Shown here piece after piece: positions 1-12,046 of a stretch of DNA of 64,000 nt. Source of the stretch: Eledone cirrhosa. Its lineage: Eukaryota. The position numbers and the translations under genes were made by a program. Positions within the stretch are counted from its first letter, which is position 1. Every line of letters starts with the position of its first letter. The notes beneath the pieces are model-generated. The model was given only the letters and a program-made list of their open reading frames with translations. It did not search any database and had not been told where the DNA came from. Where the stretch lies: positions 4,712,001-4,776,000 of the forward strand of contig OZ024764.1 of the NCBI GenBank assembly GCA_964016885.1. The letters run 5' to 3'.

Positions 1-575
1 AGAGACTGAGCATAAGAGGAATCAAATGCTGTGTGCAGGAGAGGCGGTTGCGCTGGTATGGGCATGTGATGCGTATGAAGGATGACAGCTGCATAAAAAG
101 GTGCAGAGCACTAGAAGTTGATGGAAACCGCGGAGTGGGGAGACCCAAGATGACCTGGGATGAGGTGATAAAAGCCGACCTTACCCAATTGCACCTCTCA
201 AAGACAATGACACACGACCGTGACTTCTGGCGTCACGCAGTAATACAGAGTACCCGGCCTCCCATGGGTACAAGCTGAAGCATATAGACAATATGCCCCC
301 ACACCCCCACTGCAAGGTGGTCGTGGAGGTGCCACGGCAAAAAAGCACCCAGCCCACACTGTAAAGTGGACGTGTAGGCGCCACGAAAAAGCACCCAGCA
401 CTCACTGTAAATGAGGTTGGTGTTAGGAAGGGCATCCAGCTGTAGAAATCAAGCCAGATCAGTTCCTGTATGAGCAAGGCATGGTCAGCTGACCAGACAC
501 TGCCTACAACAGGACAACCCGTCTAACCCATGCTAGCGTGGAAGAACGGACGTAAAACGGTGATGATGATGATGG
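1..575 (+). mobile_element. RTE-clade LINE 3' end with 3' UTR and (GAT)n tail
   Basis: RRLRWYGHVMRM...GRPKMTWDEVIKADL, ending in catgctagcgtggaa...gacgtaaaacggtgatgatgat. Confidence 0.85.
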
Positions 576-770
576 GGGTGTTTCGAAAGTACAGTAGCCA
601 GAGGGAGAGCGCGATGGAGAAAGTTGAGGGAGATACCACCACTGCTAGCTACAAAAGGCTTTTCCTTCAAAATGAAGGGCAGACTGTATGATGCATGTAT
701 ACGTACAGCAATGCTGCATGGTGGTGAGACTTGGGTGCTGTGTGCAGAAGACTTGCGTAGATTGGAAAGT
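576..770 (+). mobile_element. RTE LINE ORF fragment
   Basis: [32 protein letters not shown], a post-RT region of RTE elements. Confidence 0.8.
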
Positions 771-2190
771 GGTGGCGGTGATGGTGGTGGTGATGATAAT
801 GATTGTGGTGATTGTGGTGGTGATGGTTGTGGATGGTGGACGTGATGGTGGTGGTGGTGATGGTGATGATTGTAATGGTGGTGGTGGTGGTAGTGATGGT
901 GGTGGTGATGGTGATGGTGATGATGGTGATTGTGGTGATGATGGTGATTGTGGTGATGATGAGAATACACACACAGCAATAACCCCTCAGTCACCTTCAC
1001 CCCCCCCCACCCGCCCCACGCTGCCCCACCCTACCACCACAAAGATGGAGATTAAATATAGTGGAAGGATTAACTGTAACAGAAGGACTTTAATCTGGGG
1101 ACAACATAGACATATATATATATATATATACATATATATACACACATACATACATATATATACACACATATATACATACATACATATACATATATATATA
1201 TATACATATATATACACACATACATACATATATATACACACATATATACATACATACATATACATATATATATATATATATATACATATATATACACACA
1301 TATATACATACATACATATACATATATATATATGCATATAGACACACACATACATACATATACATACATATATATACATATATATACACACATACATACA
1401 TACATACATATACATACATATATATATACATATAGACACACATACATATATACATATACACACATACATACATACATATACATACATATACATATAAATA
1501 TACATATCGACACACACATACATATATACATACATATACACACATACATACATATATATATACACACATACATACATACATACATATACATACATATATA
1601 TATATATATACATATAGACACACACATACATACATATATACATATACACACATACATACATACATATATACATATACACACATACATACATATACACATA
1701 TATACATATAGACACACATACATACATACATACACATGCATACAGACACACATATACATACATACACATATACATACATACACATATACATACATACACA
1801 TATACAGACATGTACATACACATACATACATACATACACACATAGATACATATAGACACACACACACATAAATATACACACACATACATATATACACATA
1901 CACATACATACATACAGACATACACATAGACACACACATACATATATACACATACATATACATACATGCACACAGACACATAGACATACATACATATACA
2001 CACATATATATATATATACACACACACATACACACACACATACATGCATATATGATACATACATATATATACACACACAGACACACATACATATACATAC
2101 ATACATGCACACATACACATATATACACATATATACACACACACATACATAAACACAACACATACCCCCCCCCCCCCACACACACACACC
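770..2190. repeat. (GGT/GAT)n then compound (TA)/(CA)/(TACA)n microsatellites
   Basis: Direct inspection: 770-960 and 1104-2190. Confidence 0.95.
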
Positions 2191-2337
2191 CCACCCTGTT
2201 ATCCTGTTAATTAACTTCATCAGGTACATGTCTAATCACTGCTTACATCAAAGAAAACTTTACCATCCAACTAATCCCACCTGTACACACACACACACAC
2301 ACACACACAGTTACACACACACGTGTGTGTATATATA

Positions 2338-2580
2338 TCATCATCAACATCATCATCATCATTTTACGTCCGCTTTTCCCTGCTTGCAAGGGTGGGACGG
2401 GAACTGATTCTGGTTTGATTTCTACAGCTGGATGCCCTTCCTAACACCAACCTCATTTACAGTGAGTGCTGGGTGCTTTTTTGCCGTGGCACCTCCACGA
2501 CCACTTTGCAGTGGAATGATATGGACCCCAGTCCCTATCATCTCATTTCTACAGCTGAGTAAACTGGAGCAATGTGAAAT
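2338..2580 (-). mobile_element. Partial SINE with RTE-derived tail (family of 28983-29313)
   Basis: Near-identical to the reverse complement of the 3' part of 28983-29313. Confidence 0.8.
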
Positions 2581-2720
2581 AGCTGAGCTATATAGTTTCG
2601 ACGGCTATAGCCCAGCTGTCGGGGTCCTACTCGTTCCTATTACCCACTCTACGACCCTAAGTATTGAGTACTTTGGTGCGTTATGGTCCATCTGGTTCCT
2701 TACCACATTTCCTTTGTTAT
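2581..2720 (+). mobile_element. Short fold-back element, same family as 21661-21852
   Basis: gtcggggtcctactcgttcctattacccactc...attgagtactttggtgcgttatggtcc is shared with 21751-21852 and ends in (TA)n. Confidence 0.75.
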
Positions 2721-2796
2721 ATATATATATATATATGTGTGTGTGTATATATATATATATATGTGAGAAAAACCACAGACCCTCCATCTCAACTCT

Positions 2797-2835
2797 ACTT
2801 TTGAAAAGCAGAAGAACTGCGAAACCGGTAAAGGA
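2797..2835 (+). ncRNA. Degenerate hammerhead-like motif in a putative Penelope-like terminal repeat (2765-2980)
   Basis: ctt-TTGAAAA-GCAG aagaa CTGC-GAAA-CCGG-TA-aag, followed by AATAAA and flanked by (TA)n. The core deviates from CUGANGA. Confidence 0.4.
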
Positions 2836-2972
2836 ACCAAATAAATATATATATTTTTTTTTTAAATAAGACTCCATTTGCATTTTCGATTTCATCTTTT
2901 TTTCTTTATACTTTCACTTGTGTAGGACACCTCGGTTATTTTTCATTTTGTAAAAAAAAAAAAAAACCTTAC

Positions 2973-3038
<66 letters not shown>

Positions 3039-3068
3039 TAAAATAACAGATTAAAGTTTAAGCAAAGA

Positions 3069-3129
3069 ATCGCTGCTTTCACCCTTAACGGGATCTTCAG
3101 AAGATCCCGTTAAGGGTGAAAGCAGCGAT
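3069..3129. repeat. Perfect palindrome (30-bp arms, 1-nt spacer) with hammerhead-like core
   Basis: atcgctgctttcacccttaacgggatcttc-a-gaagatcccgttaagggtgaaagcagcgat. The minus strand reads CTGAAGA-tccc gttaa gggt-GAAA. Confidence 0.85.
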
Positions 3130-3235
3130 CGACATAGGATGGAATTTCTACCTACTCCTTTCCTGCACACTGAGCAAGGCCATTTCGCAGAGGGAATCTG
3201 CGCCCTATTTTCCTTTCTACATACGAGAACTTTCA
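3130..3235 (-). mobile_element. RTE LINE fragment
   Basis: KVLVCRKE...KWPCSVCRKGVGRNSILC, the Cys motif also seen in the RTE remnant near 35300-35350. Confidence 0.7.
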
Positions 3236-3960
3236 TAGAGGGGTTAGATTCAAAGTTGTCTTTGTGGTCGTTCAAGTTAAAAGTTGGAAGTTGCCCATCC
3301 TTTCTTTAGGTACCAATTTAGAAGGAGAATCAGAGTGGAGAGAGAGGCATTGCACCCCAGTAAATTTACTGAAAGGTGGGTGAATGAAGCAAAAATGGCC
3401 CGAGTGATTGGGCCTTCTCTGATTATAAACCTGTAGGTTTAAGAAGAGAGCAAAAGGAAGAAGGCACCACTTGCACAACATGCTCCTGAAGTTGAGGGTT
3501 GTTCTATCGACGGGGTATTTTAAACAACCCATTTGTGACACCTCCCCTCTATTGGGGATTTTGATTGTTATAATTGTTTGTTTCAATATTTTTACACGAC
3601 TGTATGTAAAATCCCCGGCATGTGTCTTTGTATTGTCCCCTTTTCTTGTGTGCCCTTGTGGCAAATAAAGAATTATATCTTAAGGCCTTCTCCATTAATG
3701 TTATTAGTGGTAGACTTATTCATCTTTCTATATTTCTTATTCAGTTCCTATAAGTATCAATATCTAGTGAGTTTATATTGCCTGTTTTATCAGCTCGGAT
3801 GAGTATTTCTTCCGTTGTTGCAAGTTCATCCGTATTTATTTTAGGCTCCATTAGAATTTATGCTATACAATTCAAAGGATACTGTCAAGTCAAACTCTCT
3901 GGTAAGCAGTTTTCTTGTTTAAGCCTTCATTCCTGATATCCATAAACAAAACCTTATCTA
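3236..3960 (-). pseudogene. Decayed Penelope-like (Naiad-type) RT N-terminal region, split by a Tx1 fragment
   Basis: EEILIRADKTGNINSLD (about 3765-3815) and LNDHKDNFESNPS (3236-3275) resemble the ADKTxN and TLKDHKxNFxxNP motifs of these RTs. Stops and frameshifts are present. Confidence 0.6.
3292..3672 (+). mobile_element. 5'-truncated Tx1 LINE copy
   Basis: FFRYQFRRRIRVEREALHPSKFTERWVNEAKMARVIGPSLIINL* aligns with the ORF2 end at 15350-15484. The 3' UTR ends in gtggcAAATAAAGAA. Confidence 0.9.
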
Positions 3961-4309
3961 CCTTCACACACACACACACATATATATATATATAAGAGAC
4001 GTAAAATAAGAAAATTATAAAATTAACTTACTTACTAAAATATCACTTCCAACTAATTAGTTTCTGGAATGGAGTAAATACATCTTCCGAAGAAGGTGTA
4101 GAGAATCATCCCGTCATTAGGAAAGTCTATTCTCATATAAGTCTCCAGGCAAAGCGAGGACTCTGGAAGCTTATTAAAAAAAATAAATCTCAAAGCGTGG
4201 ACTGAAATCCTAGCCATTATATATTTGCTAGCATCGATATACATCTGTATGTATATATATGTTACTAGATATGAATTCTTTATTATATATATATATATAT
4301 ATATACACT

Positions 4310-4732
4310 CTAAGACCCGCCTTCCTTACTTGCAAAATTAACCTACAGTCAGTAGGCCCCTCCAAACCAAACATACACAGCAACCCACCACCTCTACACC
4401 ATCCTTTCAACACCACCCCTTTCTCTGTAAAGTTATGTTGGTACCACAGCATCCAGTCCAAACTAAGGAGATCGTGTAGGTGTCACGACAAAAAAAACAA
4501 AAAAACACACACACAGTCCACGCTGTCATGTGGCCGTGTAGGTAACACGGTAAAAAGCTCCCAGTTCACACTGTAAACGTGGTTGGTGTTAGGAAGGGCA
4601 TCCAGCCGTAGAAAACCCGCCAGACAGTTCTATATGAGCGAGACACGGTCCCTCGACCAATCTTGCTTGAAGTGGACAATTCCTGTCTAACCCATGCTAG
4701 CGTGGAAGATAGACGTTAAATGATAATGATGA
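4310..4732 (+). mobile_element. RTE-type 3' UTR remnant
   Basis: Homologous to 23650-24168 and 36935-37816, with a (GAT)n tail. Confidence 0.75.
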
Positions 4733-4733
4733 T

Positions 4734-4792
<59 letters not shown>

Positions 4793-4879
4793 TATATACA
4801 CACTCCCTTCAAAATGTTTCACCCTCCGCATCAAAAGGTAACAACACCCAGCCCTCAACCAAGAAAGTAAACCAGAACT

Positions 4880-5038
4880 AGTTAGGGTTTGGTTAGGCTT
4901 AGAAGCTATTGGTTTAGTGATAGGGTTTGAGCTAAGGCTATTAAGGTTAGGGTTAGGGTTAGGGCTAGGGTTAAGGCTAGGGTTAAGGCTAGGGTTAGGG
5001 TTAAGGCTAGGGCTAGGGTTAAGGCGAGGGTTAGGGTC
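4880..5038 (+). repeat. Degenerate interstitial telomeric-like (TTAGGG)n tract
   Basis: TTAGGG, CTAGGG and TTAAGG hexamers directly beside the TRP exon donor. Confidence 0.8.
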
Positions 5039-5047
5039 AGCTCTCAC

Positions 5048-5221
5048 CTTTTTTTCACCATAGCGAAGGGCCAGCTTTAAGCGGCCGAACTGTTCATAAA
5101 GTTCATCATCACTTGTACCAACTTTGTTGACAATAAGTTCAAGTTCCTGCTGTGTCTGTATCTGGTCAAGTAACATTACCACATAGCTACTGAGGTTAGC
5201 AGCTAACTCATTGTAGTCCTT
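5048..5221 (-). CDS. TRPC-like channel exon (KDYNELAANLSSYVVMLLDQ...RLKLALRYGEKK)
   Basis: Polypyrimidine tract with ctcAG, 174 bp, GTGAGA donor. Continues in frame from FFK and matches TRPC LLDQxRxxxEL...RLKLAIxYxQKK. Transmembrane exons were not found in the window. Confidence 0.92.
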
Positions 5222-5374
5222 CTGAGAATAGAAAGATACAGAGAGAGAGTTAGTTGGGTAGCTCAGTGGTTAGAGTGTTTGGATCACGATTGGTAGTGAG
5301 AGGGGGGGGGGGAATAGATAGATATGTAGGTAGATAGAGAGATAGATAGATAGATAGATAGAGAGAGATAGACA

Positions 5375-6680
5375 GACATATTTCTTTATTAGCCACAGGG
5401 GCACAAAAGAAGGGGACAAGATAGGTAGATATATAGATATATAGATAGATAAATAGATATGTTTCTTTTATTTGCCACTAGGGCATCAAAAGTGGGACAA
5501 GTACAAAGGGGGGAGTTTACACAAAAAGGCGTCCTCAATAAGGAGGAGGCAATAACAAAATATAAAAATAAAATAAGATATAACAAAAAATAAAATTTTT
5601 AACAAAATCCTCAATAGAGAGGAGGCGCCTTGGGGGGTCGCACACCCCCCCGAAATAGATAGATAGATAGATATGTTTCTTTATTAGCCACAGGGGCACA
5701 AAAGAAGGGGACAAGATAGGTAGATATATAGATATATAGATAGATATGTTTCTTTATTAGCCACAGGGGCACGAAAGAAGGGGACAAGATAGGTAGATAT
5801 ATAGATATATAGATAGATAAATAGATAGATAGATATGTTTCTTTATTAGCCACAGGGGCACAAAATAAGGGGACAAGATAGGTAGATATATAGATAGATA
5901 GATAGATAGATAGATATGTTTCTTTATTAGCCACAGGGGCACAAAAGAAGGGGACAAGATAGGTAAATATATAGATATATAGATAGATATGTTTCTTTAT
6001 TAGCCACAGGGGCACAAAAGAAGGGGACAAGATAGGTAGATATATAGATATATTTCTTTATTAGCCACAGGGGCACAAAAGAAGGGGACAAGATAGGTAA
6101 ATATATAGATATATAGATAGATATGTTTCTTTATTAGCCACAGGGGCACAAAAGAAGGGGACAAGATAGGTAAATATATAGATATATAGATAGATATGTT
6201 TCTTTATTAGCCACAGGGGCACAAAAGAAGGGGACAAGATAGGTAGATATATAGATATATAGACAGATAGATATGTTTCTTTATTAGCTACAGGGGCACA
6301 AAAGAAGGGGACAAGATAGGTAAATATATAGATATATAGATAGATATGTTTCTTTATTAGCCACAGGGGCACAAAAGAAGGGGACAAGATAGGTAGATAT
6401 ATAGATAGATAGATAGATAGATAGATATGTTTCTTTATTAGCCACAGGGGCACAAAAGAAGGGGACAAGATAGGTAAATATATAGATATATAGATAGATA
6501 TGTTTCTTTATTAGCCACAGGGGCACAAAAGAAGGGGACAAGATAGGTAGATATATAGATATATAGATAGATAGATATGTTTCTTTATTAGCCACAGGGG
6601 CACAAAAGAAGGGGATAAGATAGGTAGATATATAGATATATTTCTTTATTAGCCACAGGGGCACAAAAGAAGGGGACAAA
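5375..6680 (-). repeat. Tandem array of Tx1 3' termini plus (TATC)n, about 55-75 bp unit
   Basis: Unit ttgtccccttcttttgtgcccctgtggctAATAAAGAAAcatatctatct matches the LINE terminus at 15680-15720. About 15 units plus two further stacked 3' ends. Confidence 0.9.
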
Positions 6681-7292
6681 TACAAAGGGGGAAGTTTACA
6701 TACAATAAAAACGTGTAAAATATTATCACAAATGCAATTTAAAAAATTAGCCGATTTTCCCCAATAGGGGGAGACAGTTTATATGGGTAACACATACCCC
6801 CGAAAAAATGTGCAACCCTCATCTCCAGGAGTACGAAGAGTGAGTACCCCTTTCCTCTCCTCCTCCTTTACCTCAACCTACAAGCTGATATAGAGAGAAG
6901 GCCCATTCACTCGGGCCATTCACCCACCTTTCATAAAACTTGCTGGGGTACAGCACCTCTCTCTCCATCCTGGGGTACAGCACCTCTCTCTCCATCCTGG
7001 GGTACAGCACCTCTCTCTCCATCCTGGGGTACAGCACCTCTCTCTCCATCCTGGGGTACAGCACCTCTCTCTCCATCCTGGGGTACAGCACCTCTCTCTC
7101 CATCCTGGGGTACAGCACCTCTCTCTCCATCCTGGGGTACAGCACCTCTCTCTCCATCCTGGGGTACAGCACATCTCTCTCCATCCTGGGGTACAGCACT
7201 TCTCTCTCTCCATCCTGGGGTACAGCACCTCTCTCTCCATCCTGGGGTACAGCACTTCTCTCTCTCCATCCTGACTCTTCTTCCAAAGTGGT
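6650..7292 (-). mobile_element. 5'-truncated Tx1 copy with internal 27-bp tandem expansion (6942-7272)
   Basis: YHFGRRVRMERE...(REVLYPRME)n...PSKFYERWV matches the ORF2 C-terminus. About 12 copies of a 27-bp unit. Confidence 0.9.
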
Positions 7293-7522
7293 AGATAGAT
7301 AGATAGGTAGTTGTTGGTGTGAGAAAGAGGGAGATATAGAGAGAGCTGGAGAAAGAGGGAGGAGGGAGACCAAGCAGAGGAGTTAGGCATGGGTGTGGTA
7401 AGTGTTCCAAACACAAGCAGGTGTGGAGGGGTTAATATGTATCTAAACACCTTTAAGTTATGTTCCATTAGAAATATGGTAACGAAAGGGTTAAAGTGTT
7501 TATATTTATCTAAAAACCTTTG

Positions 7523-8745
7523 TTAACCCTTTACCATTTACATTACTCTATATATACTATTGTATTTTCACAGTAAAGGCTTTACCTCACATAATATCTC
7601 ACATACCATTTACATTACTCTATATATACTATTGTATTTTCACAGTAAAGGCTTTACCTCACATAATATATCACATAACATTTACATTACTCTATATATA
7701 CTATTGTATTTTCACAGTAAAGGCTTTACCTCACATAATACCTCACATAACATTTACATTACTCTATATATACTATTGTATTATCACAGTAAAGACTTTA
7801 CCTCACATAATATCTCACATACCATTTACATTACTCTATATATACTATTGTATTTTCACAGTAAAGGCTTTACCTCACATAATATCTCACATAACATCTA
7901 CATTACTCTATATATACTATTGTATTTTCACAGTAAAGTCTTTACCTCACATAATACCTCACATAACATTTACATTACTCTATATATACTATTGTATTTT
8001 CACAGTAAAGGCTTTACCTCACATAATATCTCACATAACATCTACATTACTCTATATATACTATTGTATTTTCACAGTAAAGTCTTTACCTCACATAATA
8101 CCTCACATAACATTTACATTACTCTATATTTACTATTGTATTTTCACAGTAAAGGCTTTACCTCACATAATATCTCACATAACATTTACATTGCTCTATA
8201 TATACCATTGTATTTTCACAGTAAAGGCTTTACCTCACATAATATCTCACATAACATTTACATTACTCTATATATACTATTGTATTTTCACAGTAAAGGC
8301 TTTACCTCACATACTATCTCACATAACATTTACATTACTCTATATATACTATTGTATTTTCACAGTAAAGGCTTTACCTCACATAATATCTCACATAACA
8401 TCTACATTACTCTATATATACTATTGTATTTTCACAGTAAAGTCTTTACCTCACATAATACCTCACATAACATTTACATTACTCTATATTTACTATTGTA
8501 TTTTCACAGTAAAGGCTTTACCTCACATAATATCTCACATAACATCTACATTACTCTATATATACTATTGTATTGTCACAGTAAAGGCTTTACCTCACAT
8601 AATATCGAATCTATGAGATTTTGAAAGTATTTATTTTGAGAACAATACCTTAACATCAGTTTGAGTGACCAGTTACAGCCAGTTTCAACAGAAAAAGGTA
8701 GAGAATTCCGGCCGGTTTTGGCCGGTTTGAACATTAAAGGGTTAA
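7523..8745 (+). mobile_element. piggyBac-like MITE (TTAA-CCCTTT...AAAGGG-TTAA) carrying a 72-bp tandem array
   Basis: Termini ttaaCCCTTTA and TAAAGGGttaa. An unexpanded relative lies inverted at 60347-60852. Confidence 0.7.
7536..8607. repeat. 72-bp satellite A, about 15 copies
   Basis: Unit catttacattactctatatatactattgtattttcacagtaaaggctttacctcacataatatctcacataa, with a 24-aa period in translation. Confidence 0.97.
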
Positions 8746-8797
8746 GCTATGTTCCCTTTGCAATATGGTAACAAAAGTATTAAAATGTTTAACTTAC

Positions 8798-9328
8798 TTT
8801 AAAGAACTTCTGTGTGTTTGCCATGTGCCGGAGCTCCTTTGAGAGGGTGAAAGCCCTTAAAATTGGGTCTTTACTGGAGAGAGAAATATATGACTCACTG
8901 GCGAGGCCTCTATAGCTGTTCAGTCGGATTTTGGCTGCCCTCAAGTGGTCAAATTTCACTCGGTTGAGGCATTCTGTACACTGGCAGTCGTACTTGTGAG
9001 GAATGTGTATCCATTCACCACGGTCAAGCAATAATTGTACGATCTTATACATGTTCTTTTGTGCGGCCAGTGTAATTGGAGTTGTCTCCTCAGAGAAGTA
9101 GTAAGTTCCGGCCACAGCTGGACACCAACTACCACAGTTGGACACAGTTGGCTTATGGTAGAAATCGTATTCATCAGCGCCAATCTTTCTACGTTGGTTC
9201 CACATCTGCAGGTAACGTCCATGACACAGTATAGCTAGCGCCACCTGTACATGACCAAGGTTTATGGCGAGAAGGGCCGCCTGCTGGACATCTTCCAGTT
9301 CTGTACGGTCTAACAGAAAGTCCACAAT
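8798..9328 (-). CDS. TRPC-like channel exon, ankyrin repeats plus TRP_2 domain
   Basis: aacAG acceptor, 531 bp, GTAAGT donor. Contains TPITLAAQKNMYKIVQLLLDRG, PHKYDCQCTEC and RLNSYRGLASESYISLSSKDPILRAFTLSKEL, the diagnostic TRPC motifs. Confidence 0.95.
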
Positions 9329-9358
9329 CTGTTAAATAATATAATAATAGATATTGTG

Positions 9359-10094
9359 TTAACCCTTTACCATTTACATTACTCTATATATACTATTGTA
9401 TTTTCACAGTAAAGGCTTTACCTCACATAATATCTCACATAACATTTACATTACTCTATATATACTATTGTATTTTCACAGTAAAGGCTTTACCTCACAT
9501 AATATCTCACATAACATTTACATTACTCTATATATACTATTGTATTTTCACAGTAAAGGCTTTACCTCACATAATATCTCACATAACATTTACATTACTC
9601 TATATATACTATTGTATTGTCACAGTAAAGGCTTTACCTCACATAATATCTCACATAATATTGACATTACTCTATATATACTATTGTATTGTCACAGTAA
9701 AGGCTTTACCTCACATAATATCTCACATAACATCTACATTACTCTATATATACTATTATATTTTCACAGTAAAGGCTTTACCTCACATAATATCTCACAT
9801 AACATTTACATTACTCTATATATACTATTGTATTGTCACAGTAAAGGCTTTACCTCACATAATATCTCACATAACATTGACATTACTCTATATATACTAT
9901 TGTATTGTCACAGTAAAGCTTTACCTCACATAATATCTCACATAACATCTACATTACTCTATATATACTATTATATTTTCACAGTAAAGGTTTTACCTTA
10001 CATAATATCTCACATAACATTTACATTACTCTATATATACTATTGTATTTTCACAGTAAAGGTTTTACCTCACATAATATCTCACATAACATCT
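9359..10094 (+). repeat. Second MITE copy, left part: 72-bp satellite A, about 10 copies
   Basis: Starts with ttaaccctttaccatttac and is interrupted by the Tx1 insertion. Confidence 0.95.
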
Positions 10095-10303
10095 CGTATA
10101 CGAGAGACGTGTGTTGATGTGTGTGAACAAGCTCGGCTACCGAGTCGGATTTACTTACTCAAAAAGTGAGTTTTGATTAATTTTTTTATACTGTAATATA
10201 CGTTAACCCCTTGCCTTGGTCGTCAAACTTTGAGTTTATTTATTTTCGCCCCTTTTTGGGGCGAATTTTCCAGTTAAAAATTTATTACGGCAAACTAATA
10301 GAA

Positions 10304-12025
10304 ATGGACGGAATTTTCACATCTCATCCTAACGTGAAAGCCACGCCCCCTAAGAAAGGTGATACAGAGAAGCTAGAAGCACAAGACTCTAAGTCTTCCC
10401 TCCTGACTTCTGCAAAAGAAACATGGAACACGGAATTAAAAGAAAAATTTGTAAAAATGGGTGAAAACCCAGAAAGTCACATAAACGCAGACAAAAACAG
10501 CAACGACAATAACAGCAATAGTCACAACACCAACCAAGGAAAAAATAATGATAACACCAAACAAAGCGAACCCACTACTGGTACCTCCTTTGCACAGGCG
10601 GTCCGGAAAACACAAACCTGCAAGCAACTGGACATTACAACTCTGAGAGAAAAGATGAAGGAAGCGAAACAGTATGTAACTTTCAAAGAAGGAGGAGACT
10701 TCACAATCACCTCCCCACAAGAAATCAAAAGAGACACGACGCTAAGAACGATATCTTTCAGAACAATTTCCAACATAACAAGGAAACCAACTCAATTATC
10801 CCAAAAAGAGATTGAGCTGGTCCTAAAAAATGTGTGGAGTGATATATCGTTCATACAAAAAGGGCCACTCTATGGGAATATAACGGTCCTAATGAAGGAT
10901 CAATTGACGGCCAGGAAATACTCTGTGGCACCAATTGTTTCCAAGCTACATACATTTTTCCCCACATATTTAGGGAAAAGAACGCAGAAGATAAGGGTCT
11001 CCGGAATCCGGCCAAATGCATGCATTTCCTGGGTACTAACAGGATTTTTAGAAGACGAGGACGGAATCCTCTCAGTAGGAGAAGTCACCACAGACGTTTT
11101 CGGCGGTTTGAGCGTGGAGGTTCTGGTCCAAATGAGACCAGAACGAATAGCTAGAATACCACAGAGGGTGTCCCTCGATGGAGAAACATTTATATATATT
11201 TCAGCCGAGGGTAGGAGGTCCATATGTTACTACTGTTCAAGCAGGGGTCATCTAAGGGCTGCTTGTCCTCAATTGACAAAAAAAAAGGCTCTTTTGCCTA
11301 CACCCCACACACCACCACCGCCACCACCACCACCACCACAACAACAACAAAAACAACAGGGAAAAATAACACAAGACACGGCCCCACCCAAAACAACTCC
11401 CAAAACACACACAAATACAACAAAACCCCAAAATACACCACTACCCGACAGCACGGACGAGGACCCAGCGGAAACGGCACCTAGTGACGAAGAGGGGGAA
11501 CCCTTCCAACCTGTAAAAAGGAAAAAAAGAAAGCACCACTCGAACATAAACGAAACAAACACACAACCACCAACAAAAACAAAACAAACAGAACAAACAA
11601 AATCCGCCCCACCCCAAAACATAACACATACAACAAAACGTAAGCACACACAAGAACAACAAACAAACACAACACAAATAAAACAGTATACATACATTAA
11701 CACAAATAACAAAGAACTAGTAAAAACAATACACAAAGACCCTTTGGTGGAAACTGAAGGGCAATTCTTTGCAAGCGCGGCCAACAAACCGCATTTAAAA
11801 ATGATAAGACTCCCAATGGACACCTATGCAAAACTAAGAGAGAACTTTCCTGAGGACGTGGGGAAAACATGTACTCGACCCTATAACTGCGTCCTCTTGA
11901 AACGTTTCCCCACCCACACCTCACCAAACACCCCCACTCCACCACAGAACAACACCCCACCAAACAACCCCTCCAATACGCCCATGGATATTGTGCAACC
12001 TGCTCCTCAGGAGCCGAACAGGTAG
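10304..12025 (+). CDS. Tx1 ORF1 (gag-like, CCHC zinc knuckle)
   Basis: First ATG at 10304. Contains SFAQAV, the CYYCSSRGHLRAAC knuckle and a Pro/Thr/Gln-rich tail with FQPVKRKKRK. Confidence 0.88.
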   Translation: MDGIFTSHPNVKATPPKKGDTEKLEAQDSKSSLLTSAKETWNTELKEKFVKMGENPESHINADKNSNDNNSNSHNTNQGKNNDNTKQSEPTTGTSFAQAVRKTQTCKQLDITTLREKMKEAKQYVTFKEGGDFTITSPQEIKRDTTLRTISFRTISNITRKPTQLSQKEIELVLKNVWSDISFIQKGPLYGNITVLMKDQLTARKYSVAPIVSKLHTFFPTYLGKRTQKIRVSGIRPNACISWVLTGFLEDEDGILSVGEVTTDVFGGLSVEVLVQMRPERIARIPQRVSLDGETFIYISAEGRRSICYYCSSRGHLRAACPQLTKKKALLPTPHTPPPPPPPPPQQQQKQQGKITQDTAPPKTTPKTHTNTTKPQNTPLPDSTDEDPAETAPSDEEGEPFQPVKRKKRKHHSNINETNTQPPTKTKQTEQTKSAPPQNITHTTKRKHTQEQQTNTTQIKQYTYINTNNKELVKTIHKDPLVETEGQFFASAANKPHLKMIRLPMDTYAKLRENFPEDVGKTCTRPYNCVLLKRFPTHTSPNTPTPPQNNTPPNNPSNTPMDIVQPAPQEPNR

Positions 12026-12046
12026 GTCCTTCCTCTTTTAACCAAC

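Noticed and set aside
533-2229. Long His-, Tyr/Ile- and Val/Cys-rich ORFs (also 28375-30283 and 38182-39502)
   Set aside because: Translations of microsatellites that lack stop codons, with no splice or domain support.
4053-4244. Next TRP exon
   Set aside because: No FVAHxxCQQ-like or transmembrane TRPC sequence in any frame I checked.
5660-6680. CRISPR-like constant repeat with variable spacers
   Set aside because: The spacers are only length variants of (GATA)n, the constant part is a LINE 3' end, and there are no cas genes in this eukaryotic DNA.
10211-10303. N-terminal extension of Tx1 ORF1
   Set aside because: It starts at TTG. The first ATG is at 10304.
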